Part shown: positions 1-10,320 of the stretch, in pieces
Layout of the letters: the number at the start of each line of letters is the position of its first letter
Numbering within the stretch: the first letter of the stretch is position 1
Assembly (NCBI GenBank): GCA_963575745.1
Contig: CAUYUJ010000336.1
Span: 1-64,000 of the forward strand
Source: Prorocentrum cordatum
Taxonomy: Eukaryota
Direction of reading: 5' to 3'
DNA: 64,000 bases
The notes under the pieces: model-generated
What the model saw: only the letters and a program-made list of their open reading frames with translations
Databases searched by the model: none
Told to the model about the DNA's origin: nothing
Position numbers and translations under genes: made by a program

Positions 1-404
1 AAAAGGCCCCAAAGCCCGCCCAGGAGGCCCCCAAAACGGCCTTAGGGAGGCCCAAGAGGGCCTCGTTCGAAATCATGTTCCAGAAGCTTCTCCGGGAACG
101 TGATTTCCGGGTTCCCAGGACGCCCAAGAGGGCCCCAGGACGGCCCCAAAAGGGCCTAAAATGACATTCAAAAATTCCCAGAGGGCCACACTTCGCTGAT
201 TTTCGCGAAATGTTGTTGAATCTCTTCCGCGCGGAGGAGACGGAGACGGCGAAGGAGGAGGAGGAGGAGGAGGAGGGGGAGGAGGAAGAGGAAAAGGAGA
301 AGGACGAGGCGGGGGGGAGGAGTGGAGGGGAGGAGGGGGGGAGAGAGGAGGAGGAGGCTCGAGGGCGATCGACGATCGGAGACGACGACCGGCGACGGTG
401 ATTC

Positions 405-436
<32 letters not shown>

Positions 437-1219
437 CACGACGACGACCGATGACGATCGACGACGATGACAACAGTCGACGCCGCCGATCGATGATCGA
501 CGGCGACGACGACGACGGCCACGCCGACGGCGGCGACGCTGTCCGACAGCCTCAGCGAGGCCCAAGGGGGCCCCAAGACGTCCAAGAACGCCTCAAGAGG
601 GCCCGAGATGGCTTGAAGCTGGCCGAAGAGGGCCTTCAAAAGATACAAATCTGCCCATTCCCGTTGTACAACGTACGTTTTCAGCATATTTGCTTGCTTG
701 GTCCTCATAGTGCCCCAGACGCCCCCGAGCCCCAAGACAGCCCAAGAGAGACCCAAGAGGGCCCAAGACGGCCCAAAAGGGTCGTCCTGTGAAGCTCACG
801 GAACCCCCAAGACGGCCCAAGAGGCCCCAAAGTTGGCCCAGGAGGCTCCCAACACGGCCTCAGGGAGGCCCAGGAGGGCCTCTTTCGAAATCATGTTCCC
901 AGAAGCCTCTCCGGGAACATGATTTCCTGGTTCCCACGACGCCCAAGAGGGCCCTAACACGGCCCCAAAAGGCCCCAAATGGACGCTCAAAAAGGCCCGG
1001 AGGGCCATAGCTCGTTGATTTGCGCGAGATGTCGTTGGATTTCTTCCGCGCGGAGGAAACGGAGAAGGCGAAGGAGGAGGAGGAGGAGGAGGAGGAGGAG
1101 GAAAAGGAAGCGGAGAAGGAGGAGGAGGCGGGGAGGAGGAGTGGAGGGGAGGAGGGGGGGAGAGAGGAGGAGGCTCGAGGGCGATCGACGATCGGCGACC
1201 ACGACCGGCGACGGTGATT

Positions 1220-1251
<32 letters not shown>

Positions 1252-2170
1252 TGACGACGGTCGACGACCGACGACGACGACGATAGACGACGATGACAAC
1301 AGTCGACGTCGCCGATCGACGATCGACGGCGACGACGACGACGGCCACGCCGACGGCGGCGACGCTGTCCGCGTGCGCAGAGCCACCCTGGACCCAGTCT
1401 TTTCTGCATCGTTCGAAATCCTGTCCCCAGAAGCGTCTCCGGGAACATGATTTCAGGAGGAGGAGGAGGAACAGGAAGAGGAGGCAGATTAGGACGAGGA
1501 GGAGGAGGAATAGGAGGAGGAGGAGGAGGAGGAGGAGGAGAGGAGGAGGAGGAGTGGGCGGGAGGGCTCGGGGCCGATCGACGATCGGCGACGGTGATCG
1601 GCGACGGTGATTGACGATGACGACGACGGTCGTCGACGGCGACGACCGACGACGACGACGACGACGATGGACGACGATTACAACAGTTGACGCCGCCGAT
1701 CGGCGAACGGCGACGACGACGACGTCTTCACAGTGCCACCCCGAGGAGCCCCAAGGCGGCCCAAGAGGGACCAGAGAGTACCCATGAGAGCTACAAGCCA
1801 GCCCAAGAGAGCCCCAAAAGGCACCCAACATAACCACAACGGGGGCAAGCAGAGCTGCCTATAGAGATTATCGGGAGGCCTCTTCCGCAGCGTCCGAAAT
1901 GATTTGCGGGTTCCCAGGGCGCCCAATGGGGGCCCTAAGACGGCCCCGACAAGTCCTAAAAGGACGCCCGAAAAACTCCTGGAGGGGCACAGTTCGTTGA
2001 TGTCCGCGACACGTTGTTGGATTTCTTGCACGCGGAGGAGGTGGGGGAGGAGGAAGAGGAAGAGGAAAGGAGGAAGAGGAGATGGACGAGGAGGAGGAGG
2101 AGGAGGAGGAGCAGGAGGAGGAGCATGAGGAAAGGGAAAACGAGGGGGGCGAGCGAGCGAGCTGGCGGCG
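1..2170. repeat. Composite interspersed/tandem repeat: CCCCAAGA-type tracts, an AAATCATGTTCCC hairpin, (GGA)n and (GAC)n microsatellites
   Basis: About 20-545 is repeated at about 840-1375, with partial further copies to about 2170. The ORFs here are homopolymeric. Confidence 0.8.
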
Positions 2171-2316
2171 GTGCGGGCGGATCGCTGGCATCGTGCCCAT
2201 CAGAAGAACATGGAGTGGCGATCGCAGCTGGCGAACACCGTGTGGGGGGAGGTGGGGAGGGGCGGCGGTCCTGCAACGCAATGCGGCGAGACCCCCTACC
2301 GTCCCCCACCCAGGAG

Positions 2317-3060
2317 TTTTCTGGTTCTTCTGGTTCTTCTGGTTTTCAGGTGCCGACAAACAGGAGGTGGGGGAGCGGTGGGGCGAGGCCGCGGCGAGCA
2401 TTTCAGCTCCAGAAGCCAGAAAAACCAGAACAACCTGTGATACGCAGTGTTTCGTTGGTTCCCAGACCAGAAAAACAAGAACAACCTGTGATACACAGTG
2501 TTTCGTGGCCTCGGCCGAAACCGATATGCTTGCGCGCACGGTGCCCGTGACGGATGGGCCGAGCGGATGAGTTCGTCAGCCTGGATGGCAGGCCAAAGTT
2601 GAGTTTTGTATTCGTGCTTTGGGCGCTCTGGGGTAGTCCCCGAAGAGTACACAGTGTTTTCTTGCTCGGAGGCCACGAAACACTGTGTATCACATGTTTG
2701 TCTGGTTTTTCTGGTCTGGGAACCAACGAAACATTGTATATCACATGTTTTTCTGGTTTTTCTGGTTTTCAGGTGCCGACAAACAGGAGGTGGGGGAGCG
2801 GTGGGGCGAGGCCGCGGCGAGCATTTCAGCTCCAGAAGCCAGAAAAACCAGAAAAACTTGTGATACGCAGTGTTTCGTTGGTTCCCAGACCAGAAAAACC
2901 AGAAAAACCTGTGATACACAGTGTTTCGTGGCCTCGGCCGAAACCGATATGCTTGCGCGCGCGGTGCCCGTGACGGATGGGCCGAGCGGATGAGTTCGTC
3001 AGCCTGGATGGCAGGCCAAAGTTGAGTTGTGTATTCGTGCTTTGGGCGCTCTGGGGGGTC
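2317..3060. repeat. Foldback/MITE-like repeat with direct and inverted copies
   Basis: About 2337-2633 is duplicated at about 2760-3056 (offset 423). About 2670-2766 is the reverse complement of about 2416-2512 and about 2839-2934. Confidence 0.8.
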
Positions 3061-4539
3061 GCTGGGGGGGGGGATCGACCATATATGTATAGCACAATCA
3101 CGGCATGACACATCGCAGTTCAGCACGGCGTAACACAGCACAGCCTTCGGCACAGTACATCGAAATCGATACATTCAGTATTGCATTTGCCCGTCGCCCA
3201 ATCAGGTGTTTTGAAACGTTGCCATGCCTTTCATGTCTATATTCCTTTCTGGGTTCGTGGGTCGATCATGTTTCAGGGACAACTCCTGAATAAAACCATC
3301 AAAACACACGTTTCGGTTAGATTGCGAAGGCCTTACGGCCGGTACCGCCGACCCTGTAGACGACGCAGTTGAAAGGGAGGGGGGGGAGGTGCAGCGGGAG
3401 AAGGAGGAGTGGCAGGAGGAGGAGGAGGAAGGATTGCAGGAGGTGGATGAGGAGGAGGGGTGAGGAGGAGGAGGAGGAGGAGGAGGAGGAGGAGGAGGGG
3501 AGGAGCCTCTTGGAGCCTTGGTGGGGGTGTTGTTGGAGAGCTCCTGGGACGTCTAGGAGGCTTGTTGGACCGTCTTGGGGCCATCTTGGCCGTGCTGGGC
3601 CGATCTTTGAGCGACACGGGGCTCTTGTGGGCAATCTTGGGAGCCATCTTCATTGAGGCTGTTCGATATGTGAGGGCCGCCCGAGGAAAACGAATCTGGG
3701 TGGCGACCCCCCCGGGACCCCTCCCCGGGATCACTCCCTGGGACCCCCCCCCGCGGAGAAGGGATCAAAGGAAAGGGACTTCCCTTCGACTACAAAACGA
3801 CGTTGTACAATTTCACCTGGGATGGCACGCTTGAGGAGCAGGGGACAGGGGACAGGGACGACGGATACGGCGAGGAGGCGATCGTGAAGACGACGAAGAC
3901 GAGGAGACGACGGAGACGACAACTCGAACGGAGAAGCCCCTCGCACACGCCGACAGGGTCGGCGGATTTGAAAGACAAGGGAAAACCATGCAGATCCCAG
4001 GAAAACAACAGGAAAACCAAAAAACATAAAAAAGAGCACCGAAAGACATCAAAGACACCAGTTGTTTTCCAAGGACAATCCCTGAGCAAAACAATCAGAA
4101 TACAGATTTTTGTTCGTTTTTTTTGATTTTCTGTTGAATAATCGTTTCTATGGGTTGTATGTTTTTTGTTTCTCTGATTGTTCTGCTTCCCCCCCTCTGA
4201 TTTTCGGTTTTGTATTCGACTGCTACCCAACAGCACGAATTCAATTCACATTGCCACGGACCACTACAGCAAAAACCGCAAAAACACCGCACAGCACAAT
4301 CTCTGCACAGCATCGAATCGAAATCGCACAGCACATTCAAGTGCTTTGACGCCTACCACGTTTACCACCCTATTCCCCCTACTTCCAATCGCCCACTGAT
4401 CGCCGATAGTGCCTGATGGCCCCAACCTGCACAGGAAGGTGCGGTTTCACCATCGGGGGCCTGTCGCCCATCTAGCGGCGATGTATCGCCGATTCCATGT
4501 CGATGCATTCCCCCCTCTGCCAGTGTCCCCCTATCGTTG

Positions 4540-4915
4540 TCCCTCAGGTCTGGGACGCGGCGTCCGGCGCGGACCTCTGCGTTGCGGTGGGCGGCCCGAG
4601 CAGGGAGGTCAGGGACAAGCACGGCCATGTGCTACGCCTTGTGAGGGGCTACGGTGGCGATGTCCGGGCGGTGGCGGCTCGGCGCCAGTGGCGACTGCTT
4701 CGTCACCGGGAGCTTCGACCAGACGGCCCGGGGGTGGGAGGCGGCGTCTGGCGCAGACTTCTGCGTCGCGAGGGGCCGCGGCGGCCCCGTCGTGGCGGTT
4801 GCGGCCCTCGGCGCCGGTGGCGACCGCTTCGTCACCGGGAGCTGGGACGGGACGGTGCGGATCTGGGACGCTGCCACGGGGGTGCTGATCTTCAACGTCT
4901 CCAAGCACGGCGCTC
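4540..4915 (+). pseudogene. WD40-repeat protein fragment, frameshifted
   Basis: Peptides VWDAASG, FVTGSFDQTARGWEAASG and FVTGSWDGTVRIWDAATG are WD40 repeats, but they lie in different frames. Confidence 0.8.
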
Positions 4916-5159
4916 TGGACTCTGGATTTGTATGGGCATCGTCGAGGCTGCCGCGGGCCTCTCGCAAGCGGTCGGGCTCGCTTTTGACGATGCCGTCAAG
5001 TGGAATCGCAAGGCCATCGCCCCGATCGCCGCTTCCGTTGAAAGAAGCCTGCTTGATTTCACCCCCCTATGGTGTTTCACCGGAGCTTCAATTTTACCCA
5101 GCTGCCTGCGGCAAGTCCCGCCGCCGTGCCTGCCCATCATGCTTGGCGGCTCTCTTTCG

Positions 5160-5922
5160 AGGGGACACCGGAGGGGCGTAGTGGATGTTCGTTGGTATCT
5201 CGTGGGGGCCTCTTGGGGCCTTTTGGAGGTAGTTTTGAGGCCTTTGGGAGGCCTCTTGGGGGCCTCTTGGGGCCTCTTGGGGGCCTCTTGGGGGCCTCTT
5301 GGGGCGTGCGCCTCTTCGGGCCTCCTGGGGGGCCCCCCCTTGGGGCGGAAAGCTCGGATTGTCAGTTCGTGTTCCCTCACTGGGGCTCCTTTTGGGGCCG
5401 TCTTGGGGCCGACTTGGGCGCCTCTTGGGCTGTCGCGTGGCGCTCCCAGGCCGTCCTGGGGCTCTCTTGGAGGCCTCTGGGGCCGTTTTGGCATGACCTC
5501 GGGGTCCTCTTGGGCCTTCTTGGAACGTCGGAAAACCTAAGAGGCGAGAACGCCAACATCATTCAAAAACGCAAGCAAGGACAATCAATGATTTTTGTCT
5601 TTGGGCGCCCTTTTGGGGAGACTTTTTGGAGGTCTCTTGGGGCGCCTTGGAAGCCTCTTGCGTCATCTTGGGGCCATCTTGGGCGTCTCTGAGCGATATT
5701 TCGGCGACTCGGGGCGGACTGTTTTGGGGGTCTCCTTGGCCGTCATGGAAGCCTCGGAGGGCCCCGGGGAGGCGCCGTGGCCGCCCAGAGATCCCCCGGG
5801 AGCATGGGTGATGCGCGCAGCACGACGCGACCCAGAGGGGGGGGGGGGGGGGCGATTCGAATATTACAAAAGCCTTCAGCAATCTAGCGCGCCCCAACGT
5901 GCCAGGGGGCACGGTGGCGGAT
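5160..5922. repeat. TCTTGGGGCC-rich interspersed repeat (reverse orientation of the CCCCAAGA family)
   Basis: Tandem GGGGCCTCTT units. It lies between the WD40 fragment and the downstream hydrophobic coding remnant. Confidence 0.7.
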
Positions 5923-6215
5923 TGCAAGGCGTGTTGCGCTTTGTCAGCAGCGTTCGCGTATGTTCTTTTGGCAAAATATCGCAAGCTAGTATTCGTAGTG
6001 AAGATTTGTAGTGGGGCTTATGTGTGGCCCCACTGGTCGAGCAGTTGGCTTCGGTGGTGAATTGCCACGTCGTAAAGAGGCACCGTGTGGTCGACGTGGC
6101 TCCAGCTATTACTTGCTACACCGGGTTTCATCTGTACTTCTCCGTCCTTGCCGTAATCCTAGGGTTTTTGTTTGCCATGATCCTTCAATTGACCGGCGCG
6201 GTACGGGGAACCCTC
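5923..6215 (+). pseudogene. Multi-pass membrane protein fragment, possibly the continuation of the WD40 gene
   Basis: The frame reads ...AFAYVLLAKYRKLVFVVKICSGAYVAPLVEQLASVVNCH...DVAPAITCYTGFHLYFSVLAVILGFLFAMILQL, i.e. hydrophobic helices around a CY-x-G-x-H loop. Confidence 0.45.
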
Positions 6216-7439
6216 TGCCGTCCGTCGGCTTGGCTCCCTTCATGTACATGTGAGGTGGCGCGCCAGAGTATGCAAAGTAACAGCTGCACAGTGCCTCGGA
6301 GGTCTTCTTTGGGCCAAAGAAGTGCGAGGGAAACCTGCGCGGCTTTCCGGAAGGAGGTTGGGGAGGGAGGGAAGGAGTGCGGGAGGGAGGGAGGAGGCAC
6401 AGACGGAGAACACATTCACATGAATGAGTGTGTATTGATCGACTAATGCTTCCCACCGTGGGGGTTACGGGGTGGAACCCTCGAACTCTGGCCCTGGTCA
6501 CGGGCGGGATGCCGCCAGAACCCCGCAGAATCCGCAGGAACCCTGCAGGAGCGCGGCAGCGCGCGGCTTCAGGCGACGCGGACGGCCTCAGGAGGCCTCA
6601 AGATGCCCGAGGTCGGTCCGATACAGGCCCGAGGGGACGCCTCCGAGTGGGCTAAGATGGCCTCATGGTGGGTCCAAGGTGGCCCAAGACGGCCTGGGAG
6701 CAGCCCACGGGGGCCCCAAGTCGCCCCCCGACACAAATTGTTAGCCCTCGAGGCTTCAGTCATAAACGGATCTGGGGTGAAGAGCTTCGCTGGATGGACC
6801 CCGAGAGAGGTTTCCGGGATCAATTTTGAGCGGATCTGCTCTTATCCGGGGCCCAGTCAGTTCAGCCCCCTTCTCTGCCTCTAGCCCGACCCCTGAACCA
6901 GGGGTAAAATCACAGTCTTGCTTACCAGATCCACCTCTGACGGGCCCGCGGCGACCACGAGGCCAAGATCGCGGAAGAGCCGCTGGTCGACAAAACCAGA
7001 TATCACCACCGCCGATTGACGAAACCACGTCGCCATTGCCATCGCCAGGCATCGGGCCCACGAGGCCGAGCTCGAGGAAAAACCGAGCGCTGACCAGAGC
7101 ACATCGCCGGAGGTCCGGTCACCCGCTTGGTGCGGCCACAAGCCAGATCTGCGCGCCGCCCTGGCCGTCCGCGGCCGCCGAGGACGTGAAGGCGAAGTAA
7201 CGCGGGAGGTCGATGCACCGGTTGCCCTCGATGCGGCTCTCTTGGACGCCCGCGAGCTGGATGCCGCGCGCATAGAAGAAATCATCCATGAAGATGTTGC
7301 GGGCCGAGTGCGCCTGCCCCACTCGGTGCAGCTGCCAGGATTCATGCGGATCCAGTGTCTGGACATTCGCTGGCGATCTTGAAGTTCTCGACGTTCGTCT
7401 GGCCAGCTCGCTGTCGATGATAGTGCCACCGCTCGCGAT

Positions 7440-8336
7440 TTAGCCGGCGTCGTGGTCGTTGCCCTCGCGAGAAGTTACCGCTGATTTGGAGCGGATCGGG
7501 CCGTGGCTCGGGGGTGCGCTCTCCTCGCGAGGGGCTGGCCCGGTCGACCGCCCCCTCGAGGTCGGGTATGGCTGGCTGTCCCCCGAGGCCCGGAAGTACT
7601 TCAGCAGGGACGCTTGGTAGGTCGGCATGGTCTGCTTGCCCTGCAGCCGCCACGGGGGGTCCCGAGGAGCGTCCTCCCCCAGGACGGGCGGCCCCTCGCT
7701 CGAGTGTCGGTGCCTGGGGCCCTCCGCCCGGAGGAGATTGGGCCGCTTCTGCGCCTCCTGCATGGTGGCCTCGAAGCGCTTGAGGAGAATGTCGCCCTGC
7801 TTCGTGGCCTCCTCGGGAACGGATGCGTCCACGCCGACGAGCTGCTGAAGCTGGTGGACGGCCGCTTGCATTGACTCATGGAGGGCCTCGATCGGGGCCT
7901 TCAGCCTGCAGTCCGTCTCCTTGTCCTTTGCCGTAGCCACCAGGGCCTCCAGGTCGGCAAGCTCCGCGGTCAGTTGCTTCACCTCTTTCTCCGCCGCGGA
8001 GACGGCCTTGGCGGCCAGCTCCTGAGCCACCTTGGCCTGCGCTAGCTGCCGCTGCCCCCGGGTCAGCGCGTCCTTGCAGCCGTCGTACCTCTGGCCGAGG
8101 GGCTTGTCCGCGCGAATGATTTTGCGGTGCTCCCGTATCTGCTGCTGGATCCCTTGCTTTACGACGTCGTGCTCGGCGCCCACCAGCGCGGCCGCTGCTG
8201 CCTCCATCTGGGAGATCATGATCTGCCTCTGCGCAGTGGTGTAGTCCGCGGCGGAACTCGAGGCTCCCGACGTCGTCGTGGCCTCGGGGGGGGGTGGCAG
8301 GCTCTCGGGAGCCGCTGCATGTAGCATCGCCGCCAC
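7440..8336 (-). CDS. Coiled-coil ORF1-like protein of the LINE fragment, probably defective
   Basis: 298-aa frame with an Ala/Gln/Glu/Lys-rich helical segment (KPLGQRYDGCKDALTRGQRQLAQAK...), directly upstream of the endonuclease-like fragment. Confidence 0.5.
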   Translation of the reverse strand: MAAMLHAAAPESLPPPPEATTTSGASSSAADYTTAQRQIMISQMEAAAAALVGAEHDVVKQGIQQQIREHRKIIRADKPLGQRYDGCKDALTRGQRQLAQAKVAQELAAKAVSAAEKEVKQLTAELADLEALVATAKDKETDCRLKAPIEALHESMQAAVHQLQQLVGVDASVPEEATKQGDILLKRFEATMQEAQKRPNLLRAEGPRHRHSSEGPPVLGEDAPRDPPWRLQGKQTMPTYQASLLKYFRASGDSQPYPTSRGRSTGPAPREESAPPSHGPIRSKSAVTSREGNDHDAG

Positions 8337-8776
8337 GGTCTGAACTTGCGCTGTAACGCCGCCAGTCCCCTTGCGGGGGGGCAGCAGCCGTCGTCGAAGA
8401 ACTCGGATTGAAGTTTTTTTCGCTCCACAGTGGGAGCACTTGGTCTTGGGCGTCCAACGTTGTGTACCGATGACCTTTCAGTTCCATGGTTTGGCACCCC
8501 ACGAGGCTGCACCTCCGCTCCAGGTCTGGCCGTTCTTGGTCCAGCTGCCATCGACTTGCTGCACCCAGCCTTGGTTGCGCCACTGATTCTGATCCCAGGT
8601 CATCCTGAAGCTGGTAGGACACGGCCTGGACGCGAAGAGCAGCGCTGATGCCCGCGCTCAGCACCGGGAGGGCAAGAAACATGAAAGACCCACAGGTCGA
8701 GTTATGGAAAGAATCGCCAGCGATCGTGGACCGGGTGTAGATTGAGGTGTCTCGGCCGCAGCTTGCTTGGCTGAAG

Positions 8777-8798
8777 CTTGAGCCAACATGGATACGGA
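8777..8798 (-). other. Dinoflagellate spliced-leader relic
   Basis: Minus strand reads TCCGTATCCATGTTGGCTCAAG, a 20/22 match to DinoSL TCCGTAGCCATTTTGGCTCAAG. Confidence 0.85.
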
Positions 8799-9056
8799 TG
8801 ATGAGGAGCATTATGCTGCTGATGATGATGATGATGATGGTGCTGATGCTAATGCTGCTGATGCTGATGCTGATGCTGATGCTGCTGCTGATGATGATGA
8901 TGATGATGATGATGATGACGATGATGATGCTGATGATAGTGATGGTGCTGGTGCTGGTGCTGATGATGCTGATGCTGATGCTGATGCTGATGATGCTGAT
9001 GCTGATGATGATGATGGTGATGGTGATGATGATGGTGCTGATGCTGATGATGATGG

Positions 9057-9098
<42 letters not shown>

Positions 9099-9179
9099 CG
9101 CTGATGATGATGATGATGATCTGGATGACGATTATGGTGATGATGATGATGCTGATGCTGATGCTGATGATGATGATGG

Positions 9180-9229
<50 letters not shown>

Positions 9230-10320
9230 GTGATTGTGATGATGATGAGGAGGAGGAGGATGCTGAGGGTGAGGAGGATGATGATGATGAAGATGATGAG
9301 GATTGGAAGGAGGAAGCAGAGGAGGGTGGGGATGAGGATGAGGATAGGGCTGAGGGCGAAGGCAAGGGCAACGACGATATCGAGGAGGAGGAGGAGGAAC
9401 CTTGGTAGGAGGCAGGAGGATGAGGAGCAGGAGGAGGCAGAAGGAGGTGATGGTGGTGGATGTGGTTGAGTAGGCGAGCGAGGAAGCAGGAGGAACATGC
9501 AGAAGGAGGAGCCGACAGGAAGAGAGGTGGGAGGAGACGGAGCCGGCAGGAAGGGAGGCGACGACGACAGGGGATGACTGTGATGTTGAAGAAGCTGGAA
9601 GTAGTTATTGCGAAGGCCTTACGGACGGTGCCGCCGACCCTGAAGACAGCGACGACGAGGATGTTGAGGAGCAGGTGGCGGAGGACGCTCGGGAGCAGGA
9701 GGGGTGAGGGAAAGGAGGAAGAGGTGCGAGGGGGGAGGAGGAGGACGAGGAGGGGGGCGAGAGGGACGGGGTGGGGAAGACGAGGAGGGGGGGAGAGCAG
9801 GGGGGAGAGCGAGGCGATCAGGGACGTATTTGCAGGGGAAGGGCGGCTGACAAGGAGGAGGGGCAGCGGTGGGTAGAGCGTGGCGAGCATGAGCAGCAGG
9901 AGACGGAGGAGGAAAGTAATGGCGATAATGTTGATGATGATGATGATGACGCGGATGATGTCGGTGATGATGACGATGATGATGTCGTTGAGGGAGGGGG
10001 GGTGTAAAGCCAGCGGCAGGAGAAGTCGGAGGAGGAGGAGGAGTAGGAACGTCAGGATGATGGTAATGAGTGGGAAGAGGAAGGAGACGAAGCATAGGGG
10101 CTGAGGCCGAGGAGGAGTAGGCGTAGGAGGCGGAGGAGGAGGAGGAGGAGGAGGAGGAGGGCGAGCATGGGGAGGCTCACGAGGTTGAGGAACACAAGGG
10201 TGAGGGTGCACACATACTCTTGTGCGGAGTGGTTCCCCGGAAAGGCAGATGGGGGACACGGACGACGTGATGACGACCACGACGACGACGATGACGACTA
10301 CGACGCTTACGACGACGATT
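8799..10320. repeat. (GAT/GCT/GGT)n and (GGA)n trinucleotide microsatellite field
   Basis: Direct reading. It generates the spurious poly-M, poly-D and poly-I ORFs. Confidence 0.95.

Larger units (their letters stand above)
6900..8798 (-). mobile_element. Decayed non-LTR (LINE-like) retrotransposon 5' portion headed by an SL relic
   Basis: In order on the minus strand: SL relic (8798-8777), a CSHC motif near 8430, a coiled-coil ORF1-like frame (7440-8336), then an AP-endonuclease-like start (GIQLAGVQESR...GGAQIWL, 7119-7322). No RT is seen. Confidence 0.6.
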
